Counted from the first letter of the stretch, positions 28,485-37,776 are shown. The stretch is 64,000 nt of DNA from a virus (IMGVR_UViG_2974753081_000001:64001-128000); one strand, 5' to 3'. The notes: generated by a model from the sequence alone, not told the origin. A program made the numbers and translations.

Positions 28485-28825
28485 GGATTTACATCGCCGG
28501 GCCGGTCTCCGGTCACGCCGACTACAACCGTCCGGCCTTCGAGGAGGCCGCTCGGGTGGTCCGCGAGCACGGCCACGCCCCGGTTGTCCCCATCGACCTG
28601 GAGCCGGTCGTGCCGGGCCAGGAGAAGTCGTGGAACTACTACATGCGTCTGGCCCTGCGGGCGCTACTCGACACCGAGGCCGTGCTGGTACTGCCGGGAT
28701 GGATGAACTCCCGTGGTGCCACCATCGAGCGCAGTCTCGCGCTGGAGCTGGACATGCCGGTGTATCACTCGCTCACCGAGCTGGTGGACTGCATGACCGC
28801 GTGGCGACGCGAGTTCACTGGCTGA
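28481..28825 (+). CDS. DUF4406 / nucleoside deoxyribosyltransferase-like protein
   Basis: IYIAGPVSG..YN.PAF ... LPGW..SRGA.IE. Confidence 0.8.
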   Translation: MRIYIAGPVSGHADYNRPAFEEAARVVREHGHAPVVPIDLEPVVPGQEKSWNYYMRLALRALLDTEAVLVLPGWMNSRGATIERSLALELDMPVYHSLTELVDCMTAWRREFTG

Positions 28826-28829
28826 TTGG

Positions 28830-28847
28830 CACTACACTGGTGTAGTG
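28830..28847. promoter_or_regulatory. Palindrome CACTACAC-TG-GTGTAGTG (operator-like)
   Basis: Contains the TACAC-NN-GTGTA core of the promoter cassettes. Confidence 0.6.
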
Positions 28848-28900
28848 TAAGTCCTGCGCGTAGCGCACCAACCCCGACCAATTTTTCTTAGGAGTTCCCC

Positions 28901-29764
28901 GTGCCAGAGCACGATAATTTCGTGAGCGCGCAGCTCACCCCCGAGGGCCTGCTGGCCGTCCCCAAGACCGAGGGCGACAGGGTGCTGTTCCTGCTCGGTC
29001 GATTCCGCGCCACCGGGCGCTTCGTCCCCGAGCAGACGGTCTCCACCGAGGACCCCGCGTGGTACGAGCTGGATGATCTGCTCGCCGCGATCAAGCGTGG
29101 CAACGAGTCGGCGGAGAAGACCTGGCGCAAGGGCTACAAGGCCGGGCTGCGGTACTACCAGAACTCCGAGCGCCTGCGGCACGGTCCCGACCAGAAGCCG
29201 ATGGTCTGGCTCGATGACCACGGGCTGCTCGTGGTGCGAAACCCCGAGGGGCGGGCGTACTCCCACCTGGAGTGGAAGAACGATCAGGTGGGTTGGCAGT
29301 GGGCTGCGAACATGGATGAGCTGCCCGAGTCGGCCAGGCCGCTGTTCCACCCCGACCTTGCACCTCAGGCACTCCGCGAGATGCTGGGCGACGTCGAGAT
29401 CGAGGTGGTCAAGACGCCTCCCGAGTACGACATGGACGCCGAGTACGAGAGCGAGTTCTGCGCGGACACCTACTACGTCAAGAACATCGAGCCCTCCGGT
29501 CGGCAGCACAACCTGAACCACCTGGACAACCTGGGCACCCCGGTGGAGCCTGCCAAGGTGGCCGCTGCCGTCGACCGCGCCAAGCGTCGGCTCGCGGTCC
29601 TGCTGGACATCCAGGCCGAACTCGACGCCGCTGAGTCGGCAGAGGTCGAGCGCCTGGTCGAGGTGATCCTGGCGAACGAGGACCTCGACATCGACCGTGA
29701 GGGCGCACGCGACATCGCGCTGCGCATGCTGGCCACCTACAACCTGGAGGAGCGCGATGTGTGA
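28901..29764 (+). CDS. Hypothetical protein
   Basis: CCCGACC + AGGAG RBS. Confidence 0.7.
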   Translation: MPEHDNFVSAQLTPEGLLAVPKTEGDRVLFLLGRFRATGRFVPEQTVSTEDPAWYELDDLLAAIKRGNESAEKTWRKGYKAGLRYYQNSERLRHGPDQKPMVWLDDHGLLVVRNPEGRAYSHLEWKNDQVGWQWAANMDELPESARPLFHPDLAPQALREMLGDVEIEVVKTPPEYDMDAEYESEFCADTYYVKNIEPSGRQHNLNHLDNLGTPVEPAKVAAAVDRAKRRLAVLLDIQAELDAAESAEVERLVEVILANEDLDIDREGARDIALRMLATYNLEERDV

Positions 29765-30161
29765 TCTTCCCGAGGTCGACGTTCGTCGCGGTGGAGATGT
29801 CCAGCCAGAGCTGAACGGGGACCACTGGGTCCAGCCAGAGCTGAACGGGGACCACTGGTACCTGGTCAGCTCTCGGCACAAACCGCGCGACCTCAGCTAC
29901 GAGTTTGATCTATTCAGCAATGACGGGGTGGCGGCAGCGGTGCGCGATGCGCGTGTGGCCCTGGCTGCTCTGATCGAGGTGCAGCGCCAGATCGAGGAGG
30001 TCGAGGTAGCGCGCCGCGACGCTCTCACTCGGTACATGTCGGTGTGTCTGCCGACGACCGCCGATTCGCTGGTCGAGCGTCTCGTGGACAGCCTGTTCGA
30101 GGACGGGCTGATCGACGTGGAGCAGTGCGATGCGATGCGTGGGAAGGGGTCGAACTCATGA
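29757..30161 (+). CDS. Hypothetical protein with internal 10-aa duplication
   Basis: GGAGGAG RBS. Confidence 0.6.
   Translation: MCDLPEVDVRRGGDVQPELNGDHWVQPELNGDHWYLVSSRHKPRDLSYEFDLFSNDGVAAAVRDARVALAALIEVQRQIEEVEVARRDALTRYMSVCLPTTADSLVERLVDSLFEDGLIDVEQCDAMRGKGSNS
29799..29858 (+). repeat. Perfect 30-bp tandem duplication
   Basis: GTCCAGCCAGAGCTGAACGGGGACCACTGG x2 (VQPELNGDHW x2). Confidence 0.95.
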
Positions 30162-30288
30162 GCAAGGCAGCAGGCGTCGCTCTCGGCACGGTCGTGTCCC
30201 TGACGTGGGGGCCGGTGCTGGCGATGTTCGCCGTGCTGGCTCTCTGCATCGCTGTCTCGACCGTCGCGGTGTGGCGGGAGGGGCAGTG

Positions 30289-30687
30289 ATGCCTGTATCC
30301 CCTGAGGAACTGTTCCGAGCCACCAACCCCGGTGCGTTCCCGTTCGAGCGCCAGACGCGCTCGGTCCAGCAGCAGTACGAGCGCGCTGCTCAGAACCTCA
30401 ACGGGGGTACGAGCCACGTGCTCGGCGAGGGTGCGGAGGAAGAGGAGCGGTACCGGACTCCTCACGACCATGTGCGCGCCGCTCGGGCTCTGCTGGAGGT
30501 CGCTGATGCCATGAAGGCCCGCCTCGGTCGGCTGGAGGCGATGGACTTCGCCACCGAGGCCGAGCGTCAGCGCCGCGTCGGTGATCTGACCGCCGAGCTG
30601 CGGCTAGTCTGGACGGAGGCGCAGTTCCACGCGACGATGGCCTCCGTGTCCCCGGACGTCTACACCCGCGCGAGACTGGGCGACTGA
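30289..30687 (+). CDS. Hypothetical protein
   Basis: GGAGG RBS; start re-called. Confidence 0.6.
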   Translation: MPVSPEELFRATNPGAFPFERQTRSVQQQYERAAQNLNGGTSHVLGEGAEEEERYRTPHDHVRAARALLEVADAMKARLGRLEAMDFATEAERQRRVGDLTAELRLVWTEAQFHATMASVSPDVYTRARLGD

Positions 30688-30807
30688 GCTTCGGTTCCGG
30701 GTCTTCCCCCACCGGCATCCCATGATGCGCTCGGAACCGATCGGGGCCGGGGTGTTGGACATCCAGCATCCCGGTCCCACCCCCTAACCCGACCAGAGAG
30801 AGAGTCG

Positions 30808-31113
30808 ATGACCACTACCACTGAACCCAAGAAGCCGCCCCGATTCGCCACTGGCGCTCTGGTGGCGCACAACCTGCGGCGGCTGCGCACCGAGACTGGG
30901 ATGAGCCAGAAGGACTTCTCGGACCTCTGTCATGCCTCTGGCCTGGCCTGGTCGCCTGCTCGCATGAGCAACGCCGAGACCAACGCTGTCCCGGTCAACG
31001 CCATCCACGAGCTGGTGGCGCTGCGCGACCTGCTGTCCAAGCTGCTCGACCGTCACGTGAGCCTGGACGAGTTCTTCGAGCCGGTCCCGGACGGTGAGCC
31101 CGACCTGGCATGA
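30808..31113 (+). CDS. XRE-family HTH regulator
   Basis: NLRRLRTETGMSQKDFS...MSNAE. Confidence 0.8.
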   Translation: MTTTTEPKKPPRFATGALVAHNLRRLRTETGMSQKDFSDLCHASGLAWSPARMSNAETNAVPVNAIHELVALRDLLSKLLDRHVSLDEFFEPVPDGEPDLA

Positions 31114-31325
31114 GGAACCTCTGCGGCTGCCGGAGCGTGTGGCGCAAGCTCGACCACCTGCTTCGGTGCCGCGTGCGCTACGTCTGCAATCGGCACGACG
31201 ATTACATCCTGAACTCGACAGAGTTCACTACGCTGGAGGAGTACGCCGCCCGGCTCGGCGACGAGATCGCTGAGACGCTTCTGCGCAACCAGCGGCCCAA
31301 CGGAGGGAGCGACCGTGAGCAGTGA
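31110..31325 (+). CDS. Hypothetical protein
   Basis: ATGA coupling. Confidence 0.5.
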   Translation: MRNLCGCRSVWRKLDHLLRCRVRYVCNRHDDYILNSTEFTTLEEYAARLGDEIAETLLRNQRPNGGSDREQ

Positions 31326-31650
31326 CTCCGAGGTCTACCGGACCGTCGAGAACGACATCCAGCCCGTCGACCCGACCGAGATCGAGCGGCTGGTGGGCGC
31401 GGCCCGCCACCCCACTCGACATATCGCCCGCGCCGACACCACGGACTGGCAGGTGTACCTGCTCCACCCCCACAGCTGCATTCGGCTGCACGAGGACGGC
31501 GACTACCGCACCGCGTGCAAGTACGCCACGACGCTGCGCTGGGGGTTGTCCCAGGAGGAGTGGGCCGAGCACGAGGACGTGCCCGTGGTGGTCGACATCC
31601 AGGGCGGGCGTCTCGTGCCCGTCGAGGGTGGAGTGGAGGCGCTCGGATGA
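31315..31650 (+). CDS. Hypothetical protein
   Basis: GGAGGGAG RBS. Confidence 0.6.
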   Translation: MSSDSEVYRTVENDIQPVDPTEIERLVGAARHPTRHIARADTTDWQVYLLHPHSCIRLHEDGDYRTACKYATTLRWGLSQEEWAEHEDVPVVVDIQGGRLVPVEGGVEALG

Positions 31651-31834
31651 GGCCGCGTCGCAGTCACCGAGAGAGGGTCGTCAGGGGTGCCCTCTACGTC
31701 GCTCTGGCCCCCGGCATGTTCGTTGCTGGGCGTGTCCTGCCGCTGGTGGTACGTGATGCATTCCCGTACCCCTACGGCGACGATTAGGTTCGCAAGCCTT
31801 ACAACAGGGATGGTTTGTCCAGTTTCGTCGGGAT

Positions 31835-31938
31835 AAAATCCCGTACTCACATCGCTTCGTTATCGTTCCGAGCCCCATACCACGGTGTAGGGCGCTACGG
31901 TGGACGCCACGCCGATGGAGTGCGGGATTTTTTCTTTT
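31835..31938 (+). ncRNA. Candidate rod-shaped structured RNA ending in a U-tract
   Basis: AAAATCCCGTACTCACATCG pairs with CGATGGAGTGCGGGATTTT; inner hairpin; followed by TTTTTTCTTTT. Confidence 0.45.
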
Positions 31939-32056
31939 ACGACATCAGCGGACGTGCTGGTCACCTTTGTGGGGAGCGAATAGGGAGGTCGGGCTCTCCA
32001 CATGGGACACCAGTAGGTGCCCCTTCCCTGAGGAAATGCGGAAGGAACGCGCAGCC

Positions 32057-32524
32057 ATGAACGTGAAGGAAATCTACACTCCGGCGGTGAACGTCGGGGA
32101 AGCAGTCGGCCACCTGAAGGGTGGCACGACACGCCGACGTTGCGTCACGCAACACCAGCTCGACCGGCTTCCGGCGGCGAGGGCCGTACTGATCGATCGC
32201 GCACAGAAACGCGAGACGATCTCCTACCGGGAGCTGAGCCACGCCATCCAGGCGTTCAGCCCCACCGGCATGGGTGGGCTGCTGGAGACGATCTGGGAGG
32301 ACTGCGAGCGCCGCGACGAGCCGTCGCTGACTGCTCTGGTGGTCCAACGCCCCACCGGTATCCCGGTGCGCTCTGTGCTGGACACGTTCGCGGGACGCCC
32401 GGCCAAGGAAGGCGACCCCGACGACTACGGGATCGAGGAGTGGCGAGCTGCCCTGGACGAGGTCTACGACTACTGGGCCACGCCCTCGGGGAGGATCACT
32501 CACCACGTCTCCGATCCGGATTGA
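32057..32524 (+). CDS. Winged-helix-like hypothetical protein (paralog of 33158-33562)
   Basis: L..RA....ISY.EL ... EPSLTALVV. Confidence 0.6.
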   Translation: MNVKEIYTPAVNVGEAVGHLKGGTTRRRCVTQHQLDRLPAARAVLIDRAQKRETISYRELSHAIQAFSPTGMGGLLETIWEDCERRDEPSLTALVVQRPTGIPVRSVLDTFAGRPAKEGDPDDYGIEEWRAALDEVYDYWATPSGRITHHVSDPD

Positions 32525-32577
32525 CTTGCCATGACCGCTACACATGTGTATATTCAGTGGTGTCAGGGCCGCAGGCC
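32523..32577 (+). promoter_or_regulatory. SigA-type promoter cassette 1
   Basis: TTGCCA-N17-TATATT, TACACATGTGTA, GGCC-GCA-GGCC. Confidence 0.85.
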
Positions 32578-32603
32578 GAAGCTCCACACGGAGGACGAAC
32601 ACC

Positions 32604-32852
32604 ATGAGCGACATGACCGTCGGAGAATTGATCGAACTGCTCCAGCAGTACGACGAGGACGCGACCGTGCGTCTGGCGACCCAGCCGAACTACCCGCTCG
32701 AATACCGCCTCGCAGGCGTTGCCGATGCGGGTCAGGTGGCTGAGGTGCAGGGCGACGAGCCCGACGACGACACTCCGAACGTCGTCTACCTCGCCGAAGG
32801 CAGCCAGGTTGGCTACGCCAGCAAGGCGATCTGGGACGCGGCGGGCTGGTGA
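32604..32852 (+). CDS. Hypothetical protein
   Basis: MTVGELIELL.. common phage small-protein start; GGAGG RBS. Confidence 0.7.
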   Translation: MSDMTVGELIELLQQYDEDATVRLATQPNYPLEYRLAGVADAGQVAEVQGDEPDDDTPNVVYLAEGSQVGYASKAIWDAAGW

Positions 32853-33070
32853 CCACGATGGCTACCGCGACCAAGCGCCTGCGCTGCGAGGAATGCAACT
32901 GTTTCGTCTCCGAGAAGGAGGCGGAGACCAGCTGGGAGCCCGAGTGGGACGACGACCACGGTCGCCCCATCGGGGCGTGGGTCCGCACGACCCGCTGCAA
33001 CAACCCGAATTGCCCCGGCGACGGTGAGGTCTACCTGGGCCTCGCCGAGTACTCCGAGGTGTATGGCTGA
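32849..33070 (+). CDS. Zn-ribbon hypothetical protein
   Basis: CEEC ... CNNPNC. Confidence 0.55.
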   Translation: MTTMATATKRLRCEECNCFVSEKEAETSWEPEWDDDHGRPIGAWVRTTRCNNPNCPGDGEVYLGLAEYSEVYG

Positions 33071-33157
33071 CGGCCATCTTTGTTCGGAGCCCACATGGGG
33101 GATGGGCTCCGTTCATGGATCACCGATCCAGCTCGATCCCGACCAGAAGGAAAAATC

Positions 33158-33562
33158 ATGACCGCCACCATCACCGAGGTGTCGCCCCAGACCGTCGCCA
33201 CCGCGCGTCGGGCTCTGGCGCTCATCGCCTCCGAACAGCGCCTCATCGGCTACGCCGAGTTCGGCGACCTACTCACCGCGCTCGGCGTCGAGGGAGTGCC
33301 CCCGCGCGAGCACTACAGCCTCCGCAGCCGATACCTCGGCCACGTGCTCGGGGCTGTCGGGCTGGAGAACGGACGGCGCGGTGAGCCACTGCTGACCGCC
33401 ATCGTTCGCCATGTCGTCAACGGCAAGCTGGCCGAGGTCAACCCGAAGGGGTATGCCTGGCCGGTCGAGCAGGTCTACGGCCTGGAGCTGTCCAGCAACT
33501 CTGCCGTCGCCCACTCTCACCGCGAAGCTGAGCGGTGCCACGCACACCAGTGGGTGCTCTGA
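33158..33562 (+). CDS. Winged-helix-like hypothetical protein
   Basis: L..IA....IGYAEF ... GEPLLTAIV; CCCGACC + RBS. Confidence 0.65.
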   Translation: MTATITEVSPQTVATARRALALIASEQRLIGYAEFGDLLTALGVEGVPPREHYSLRSRYLGHVLGAVGLENGRRGEPLLTAIVRHVVNGKLAEVNPKGYAWPVEQVYGLELSSNSAVAHSHREAERCHAHQWVL

Positions 33563-34005
33563 TGGTGGAACTGACCCGAGCCCACGACCTCTCGGCTCGC
33601 GATGGTGTTGACGCTGCGGTCGCTGATGCGATCTCGATGCTGCGGGACGCGAAGAAGGCCATGCGCTCACGCACGCTCGCCGAGCTGATGCGCCTGGAGG
33701 AGTCCAGCGCCGAGTTCGGCACGTTCTCGGTGGTCCGCACTGCCGACCGCAAGGGGTACCGCGACCCGCGCAGCTTCAACGACGAGCGCAGCCCCTACCA
33801 GGACGACCAGAAGGTCCTCATCACCATCGAGATCGAGGTGGAGGACTGGGACCTGACCGACGGCTTCGTCACTCACGCCGCCGAGCTGGAGCGAACCGAG
33901 GAGGCGCTGCAGGCCCAGGTGGAGATCGCCGAGGCGCAGCGCGTCATCGCCGAACAACAGGAGCGCATCGCACGGCTCGCGAAGAAGGTCGCCCCTGGGC
34001 CGTAA
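33562..34005 (+). CDS. Hypothetical protein, C-terminal coiled coil
   Basis: TGATG coupling. Confidence 0.6.
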   Translation: MVELTRAHDLSARDGVDAAVADAISMLRDAKKAMRSRTLAELMRLEESSAEFGTFSVVRTADRKGYRDPRSFNDERSPYQDDQKVLITIEIEVEDWDLTDGFVTHAAELERTEEALQAQVEIAEAQRVIAEQQERIARLAKKVAPGP

Positions 34006-34029
34006 CGTTTTCTGACAGACCACCGATAC
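34002..34029 (+). promoter_or_regulatory. SigD-like promoter GTAACG-N16-CGATAC
   Basis: Family member, upstream of Ltp gene. Confidence 0.7.
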
Positions 34030-34076
34030 ACCCGACAGCAGTACATCGATCCCGACCAATTCAGGAGAAAAAAATC

Positions 34077-34607
34077 ATGAGCACGAACTACCCGCAGGCC
34101 CCCATCCCCGCCACCGAGCCCAAGCGCAAGAAGCGCAAGTGGCCGTGGGTGCTGGGCATCCTCGCCGTCCTCGGCATCATCATCGCGGTTGCCAGCCCGA
34201 AGGAGGCCGAGACCTCCGAGCCCGCTGCGGCCCCGACCTCGCAGGCCGAGGCCCCGGCCAACGTGCCGACGCCCACTCCGGCTCCGGTCAAGACCGAGGA
34301 GGCCGAGTCGTCGGACTCGCTGTCCAAGGAGCAGAAGAACGCAGTGCGCTCGGCAGAGCAGTACGTCTCGATGACCGGGTTCAGCCGGTCGGGCCTGATC
34401 GAACAGCTCAGCTTCGAGGGCTACTCGACCGAGGACGCTACGGTGGCCGTCGACAGCATGGACATCGACTTCAACGAGATGGCTGCCAAGTCGGCCAAGC
34501 AGTACCTGGACATGACCGGGTTCTCGCGCGATGGTCTCATCGAGCAGCTGACCTTCGAGGGGTACACCCCCGAGCAGGCTGCCTACGGTGCCGACAACGC
34601 TGAGTGA
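34077..34607 (+). CDS. Ltp-family (superinfection-exclusion-type) membrane-anchored protein
   Basis: TM anchor, P/A linker, two repeats A..SA.QY..MTGFSR.GLIEQL.FEGY....A. Confidence 0.85.
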   Translation: MSTNYPQAPIPATEPKRKKRKWPWVLGILAVLGIIIAVASPKEAETSEPAAAPTSQAEAPANVPTPTPAPVKTEEAESSDSLSKEQKNAVRSAEQYVSMTGFSRSGLIEQLSFEGYSTEDATVAVDSMDIDFNEMAAKSAKQYLDMTGFSRDGLIEQLTFEGYTPEQAAYGADNAE

Positions 34608-34699
34608 CCTGCTCTGACAGGTAGTTTCGCTCCCGCCCCCAGGGGATGCGGGCGGGGGCGTTACTAGTGCCAGAGAAGTCCCGACCAGAAGGAGACCCC

Positions 34700-35308
34700 G
34701 TGCCCGAGACCGACATCTACTCCGAGCGCCTGCTCGCCGTATTCAATCTCATCGCCGACCAGCCCCAGGCCCACGACCAGGGGCACTGGGGCACGATCCC
34801 GACCTCTGCTGTTCGGCAGGTGAGGGACGAGATCGAGGAGGTCGACACCACAGATTCGTACTTGGACCGCGCGCTGCCGAACAAGGTCGCCATCGATTGC
34901 GGCACGGCGGCGTGCTTTGCGGGCTGGACCGTGCTGCGCGAGGGCGGCAAGCCGGTGCTGTCGTCTCTGGAAATCTCCGCCAACGCCCGCGTTGATGGCG
35001 ACGTGATGACTTTCGGCAACGTCCTCATGCCCGGCGAGGATGAGCCCAGGTCGGTGGCACAGGTCGCGACGGAGCTGCTGTTCGGCGACCGTGATCGTCG
35101 GTGGTTGGCCGACGACCTGTTCAACGGCTACAACACCCGCTCCATCATCCGGGGCTTGGTGCTCGACCTGCTCAACGGTGTCGATGATGCCCTGATCTCT
35201 GAGCGCATCGATGCGGAAGCCTATGGCGAACAGAAAGGCCCGGACGGCCCGGATGATGAGGCGGTGGAGCCGATTCGCTTCGACGAGTCGCTGGGGGTGT
35301 ACGTCTGA
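34700..35308 (+). CDS. Hypothetical protein
   Basis: HDQGHW ... CGTAACFAGW motif; CCCGACC + RBS. Confidence 0.7.
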   Translation: MPETDIYSERLLAVFNLIADQPQAHDQGHWGTIPTSAVRQVRDEIEEVDTTDSYLDRALPNKVAIDCGTAACFAGWTVLREGGKPVLSSLEISANARVDGDVMTFGNVLMPGEDEPRSVAQVATELLFGDRDRRWLADDLFNGYNTRSIIRGLVLDLLNGVDDALISERIDAEAYGEQKGPDGPDDEAVEPIRFDESLGVYV

Positions 35309-35781
35309 TGCCGACCAAGACCGGTGCTCGACTCACAGCGCAGGATGCGCTCTCGGCCCTCGGCAGCAGCAATGGCTGGGAGGTCCGGGCCGGAGCGTTC
35401 AGTGAGCGGCGGCTGTCGTTCGAGCGTGGCGGCGTCAAGGCCACCATGCTCACCGCTGACTTCCACCCCGGCGGCGCGCTGAAGAACGCCATCCGCTACG
35501 AGGGCGGGAAGGTAGTGGCCGAGCTGCGCAAGGACGACCCCAAGCGTCGCAAGACGTTCGAGGGGTGGTTGCGCGAGAAGCCCGCGTTAACCGATCCGAA
35601 CAGGTTCAAGGTCGAGCCCATCGACCCCGACACCGGGGCCTCGGCAGCCGAGCCCGAGGTCGAGTCGCCAGAGGTCAAGTTCTGCGGCCTGCCGTCGGCG
35701 CAGATGGGCTGCGTCCTCTGCGGAGCCGTCGTTTTCGACATGCGGGCGCACACCGAATGGCATAAGGGGATGGGCCGATGA
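35308..35781 (+). CDS. Hypothetical protein, C-terminal C2H2-like motif
   Basis: CVLC...H..WH. Confidence 0.6.
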   Translation: MPTKTGARLTAQDALSALGSSNGWEVRAGAFSERRLSFERGGVKATMLTADFHPGGALKNAIRYEGGKVVAELRKDDPKRRKTFEGWLREKPALTDPNRFKVEPIDPDTGASAAEPEVESPEVKFCGLPSAQMGCVLCGAVVFDMRAHTEWHKGMGR

Positions 35782-35975
35782 TCCAGGTCAAGCCCATCGA
35801 GAACGAGATGTGGCAGGTGACCAGCAACGGGCGCTGGTGGACCGTCGCGCGTATCCGCACCTTCACGATGGTCGGCTGGCACATCATGAACGAGACCGGT
35901 CGGACGATCAGCGCGGACGGCCAGCTCGGTCGCAAGCTGATCGCGGCGGTCCAGGCAAAGCTGGAGGAGGTCTGA
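35778..35975 (+). CDS. Hypothetical protein
   Basis: Coupled ORF. Confidence 0.55.
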   Translation: MIQVKPIENEMWQVTSNGRWWTVARIRTFTMVGWHIMNETGRTISADGQLGRKLIAAVQAKLEEV

Positions 35976-36166
35976 TGGCACAGACGAGGCGCGTGTGTGC
36001 GCGCTGCGGACGTGAGCGCGCAGAGAAGCACCTGGAGCGACTGTTCACCGCCCGGCCTTGGGGTCTCACCCAGACCAGGATTCTCCCGACCTCGGTGTGG
36101 GTCTGCTATGCCAGGACGTCGTGCAAGCAGATCGCAAAGGGGGAGCGTCGTGCAGCACGAGTCTGA
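35975..36166 (+). CDS. Hypothetical protein
   Basis: GGAGG RBS. Confidence 0.5.
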   Translation: MAQTRRVCARCGRERAEKHLERLFTARPWGLTQTRILPTSVWVCYARTSCKQIAKGERRAARV

Positions 36167-36500
36167 TCCCCAGGACGACATCGACTGGAGCGGCCCCGTC
36201 GAGAACATGGAACGCTTCGCCGAGTACATGCGGAACCAACCGCCGGACCTCCCTCATCTCACTGAGGGTGAATCGTCGCGGCAATGCCTGGATGCGGGCC
36301 TGGTGTGCTCCATCGACCCGCGTACGGGTAAATGCACCGAGTGCGGATGCTATGAGCATCCCGAGGAGAATCACGTCCACTTCGCCTTCGACGCCGCGCG
36401 ACCCGGCTGGACGACGCCGATCTATGACGTCCACGGGCACAAGGTCTCCGACCCGGTGCCGATCGACTCGCTGCCGAGACACGGCGATGAGCGTCCCTGA
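36150..36500 (+). CDS. Hypothetical protein
   Basis: GGGAG RBS. Confidence 0.5.
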   Translation: MQHESDPQDDIDWSGPVENMERFAEYMRNQPPDLPHLTEGESSRQCLDAGLVCSIDPRTGKCTECGCYEHPEENHVHFAFDAARPGWTTPIYDVHGHKVSDPVPIDSLPRHGDERP

Positions 36501-36954
36501 GTACGCCACCACGGGTGTCGTGCTGCTGGCCCTGCTCATCGGCATGTACTGCTCGGCAGACCACCTTCGACGCCTGCGGAGGCAGAGCATGGACTGGACC
36601 GAGAACGCCCGGCAGCTGATCGCGATGGAGGATGCTGCTCTCGCGCGGAGGTGTTCTGAGGAGAACGCACGCTGGCTGGAGGACCCGACCCACTACCTCA
36701 TGGAGGTCACTGGACTCGATGTCGCCAAGGTGCTGTTCGGCTACGTGCAGCGCGAGAAGGTATCTCTGGTCAAGGCACCCCGTCCCCGCCATACGACGGC
36801 AGGGTCCCTACCCAATACCGAGATCGTTCTCCATTTCACCAGGCCCGAGGAACTGGTCTCCCAGATCGTCGCCATGTCGCGCGTGTCGCCGCCGACGGGT
36901 GGGCAACTCGCGCGCATCGTCCGGGAAGTCGAGGACGGTTCCATCGACCTGTAA
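36487..36954 (+). CDS. Hypothetical protein with N-terminal TM
   Basis: Hydrophobic N-terminus; start re-called. Confidence 0.55.
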   Translation: MSVPEYATTGVVLLALLIGMYCSADHLRRLRRQSMDWTENARQLIAMEDAALARRCSEENARWLEDPTHYLMEVTGLDVAKVLFGYVQREKVSLVKAPRPRHTTAGSLPNTEIVLHFTRPEELVSQIVAMSRVSPPTGGQLARIVREVEDGSIDL

Positions 36955-36979
36955 CGATCTGCCCCGACCTGAGCGATAC
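36951..36979 (+). promoter_or_regulatory. SigD-like promoter GTAACG-N17-CGATAC
   Basis: Family member. Confidence 0.65.
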
Positions 36980-37017
36980 TCCAATCACCCCGACCAACCC
37001 TGTCCTGAGGAGGACCC

Positions 37018-37776
37018 ATGAGTCACTTTGTCGTCGTCGTCGCACTGCCCGGCCACCTGCTCACCCACGATGAGCTGGACGCGGCCTTGGATGCTGCACT
37101 GGCTCCCTACGACGAGAACGTCGAGATGCCGCGCTACGTGCGGCACACTCGCGACGAGCTGATTAGGCGAGAGCGCGAGAGCATGGAGCAGATGTTCTCG
37201 ATCGGATCGGTTGGAAGATACTTGGCCGATCCCGTCGAGTACGCCGAGAAGTACGGCGGCATGAAAGGGCACCTGGCCCACGTCCGCCAGCTCATCGATG
37301 AGAAGCCGCTCGACACCTGGACCGACGAGCAGTGGCACATCAGGGCGCTGCAGAGCTACGAGCCCGACGAGATCGGCCCCGTCGGCGAGGTCTACTCCAC
37401 CTACAACCCACGCTCGAAGTGGGACTGGTGGAGTGTCGGTGGCCGCTGGGCGGGGTTCTTCAAGTTCCGCGAAGGCATCGATGAGGCGACCTACGACCGG
37501 CTCGGGACCAGGCCGTCGATCTTCGACCTGCCCGAGGACATGGACCCGATGGCCACCGACTGCGCGCGCAAGGGCGACCTCACGCGCGAGAGCCTGGACC
37601 GCACTCCATATGCCTACGTGGACCCCGAGCTGGGGTGGATCGAGAAGGGCCAGATGGGGTGGTTCGGGATGTCCTCGGGCGACAAGCCTGAGTCCGAGTG
37701 GCAGGAGCAGTACGCCGCGTGGCTCGGCTCCCTGGACGACAAGACCTGGCTCGTGGCTGTCGACGCACATATCTGA
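37018..37776 (+). CDS. Conserved-type phage hypothetical protein
   Basis: MSHF.V ... NPRSKWDWW.VGGRW ... GQMGWFG ... VDAHI. Confidence 0.8.
   Translation: MSHFVVVVALPGHLLTHDELDAALDAALAPYDENVEMPRYVRHTRDELIRRERESMEQMFSIGSVGRYLADPVEYAEKYGGMKGHLAHVRQLIDEKPLDTWTDEQWHIRALQSYEPDEIGPVGEVYSTYNPRSKWDWWSVGGRWAGFFKFREGIDEATYDRLGTRPSIFDLPEDMDPMATDCARKGDLTRESLDRTPYAYVDPELGWIEKGQMGWFGMSSGDKPESEWQEQYAAWLGSLDDKTWLVAVDAHI

Noticed and set aside
32022-32046. Hammerhead ribozyme (CTGAGGA core)
   Set aside because: No stem II followed by GAAA and no matching stem III/cleavage triplet could be built
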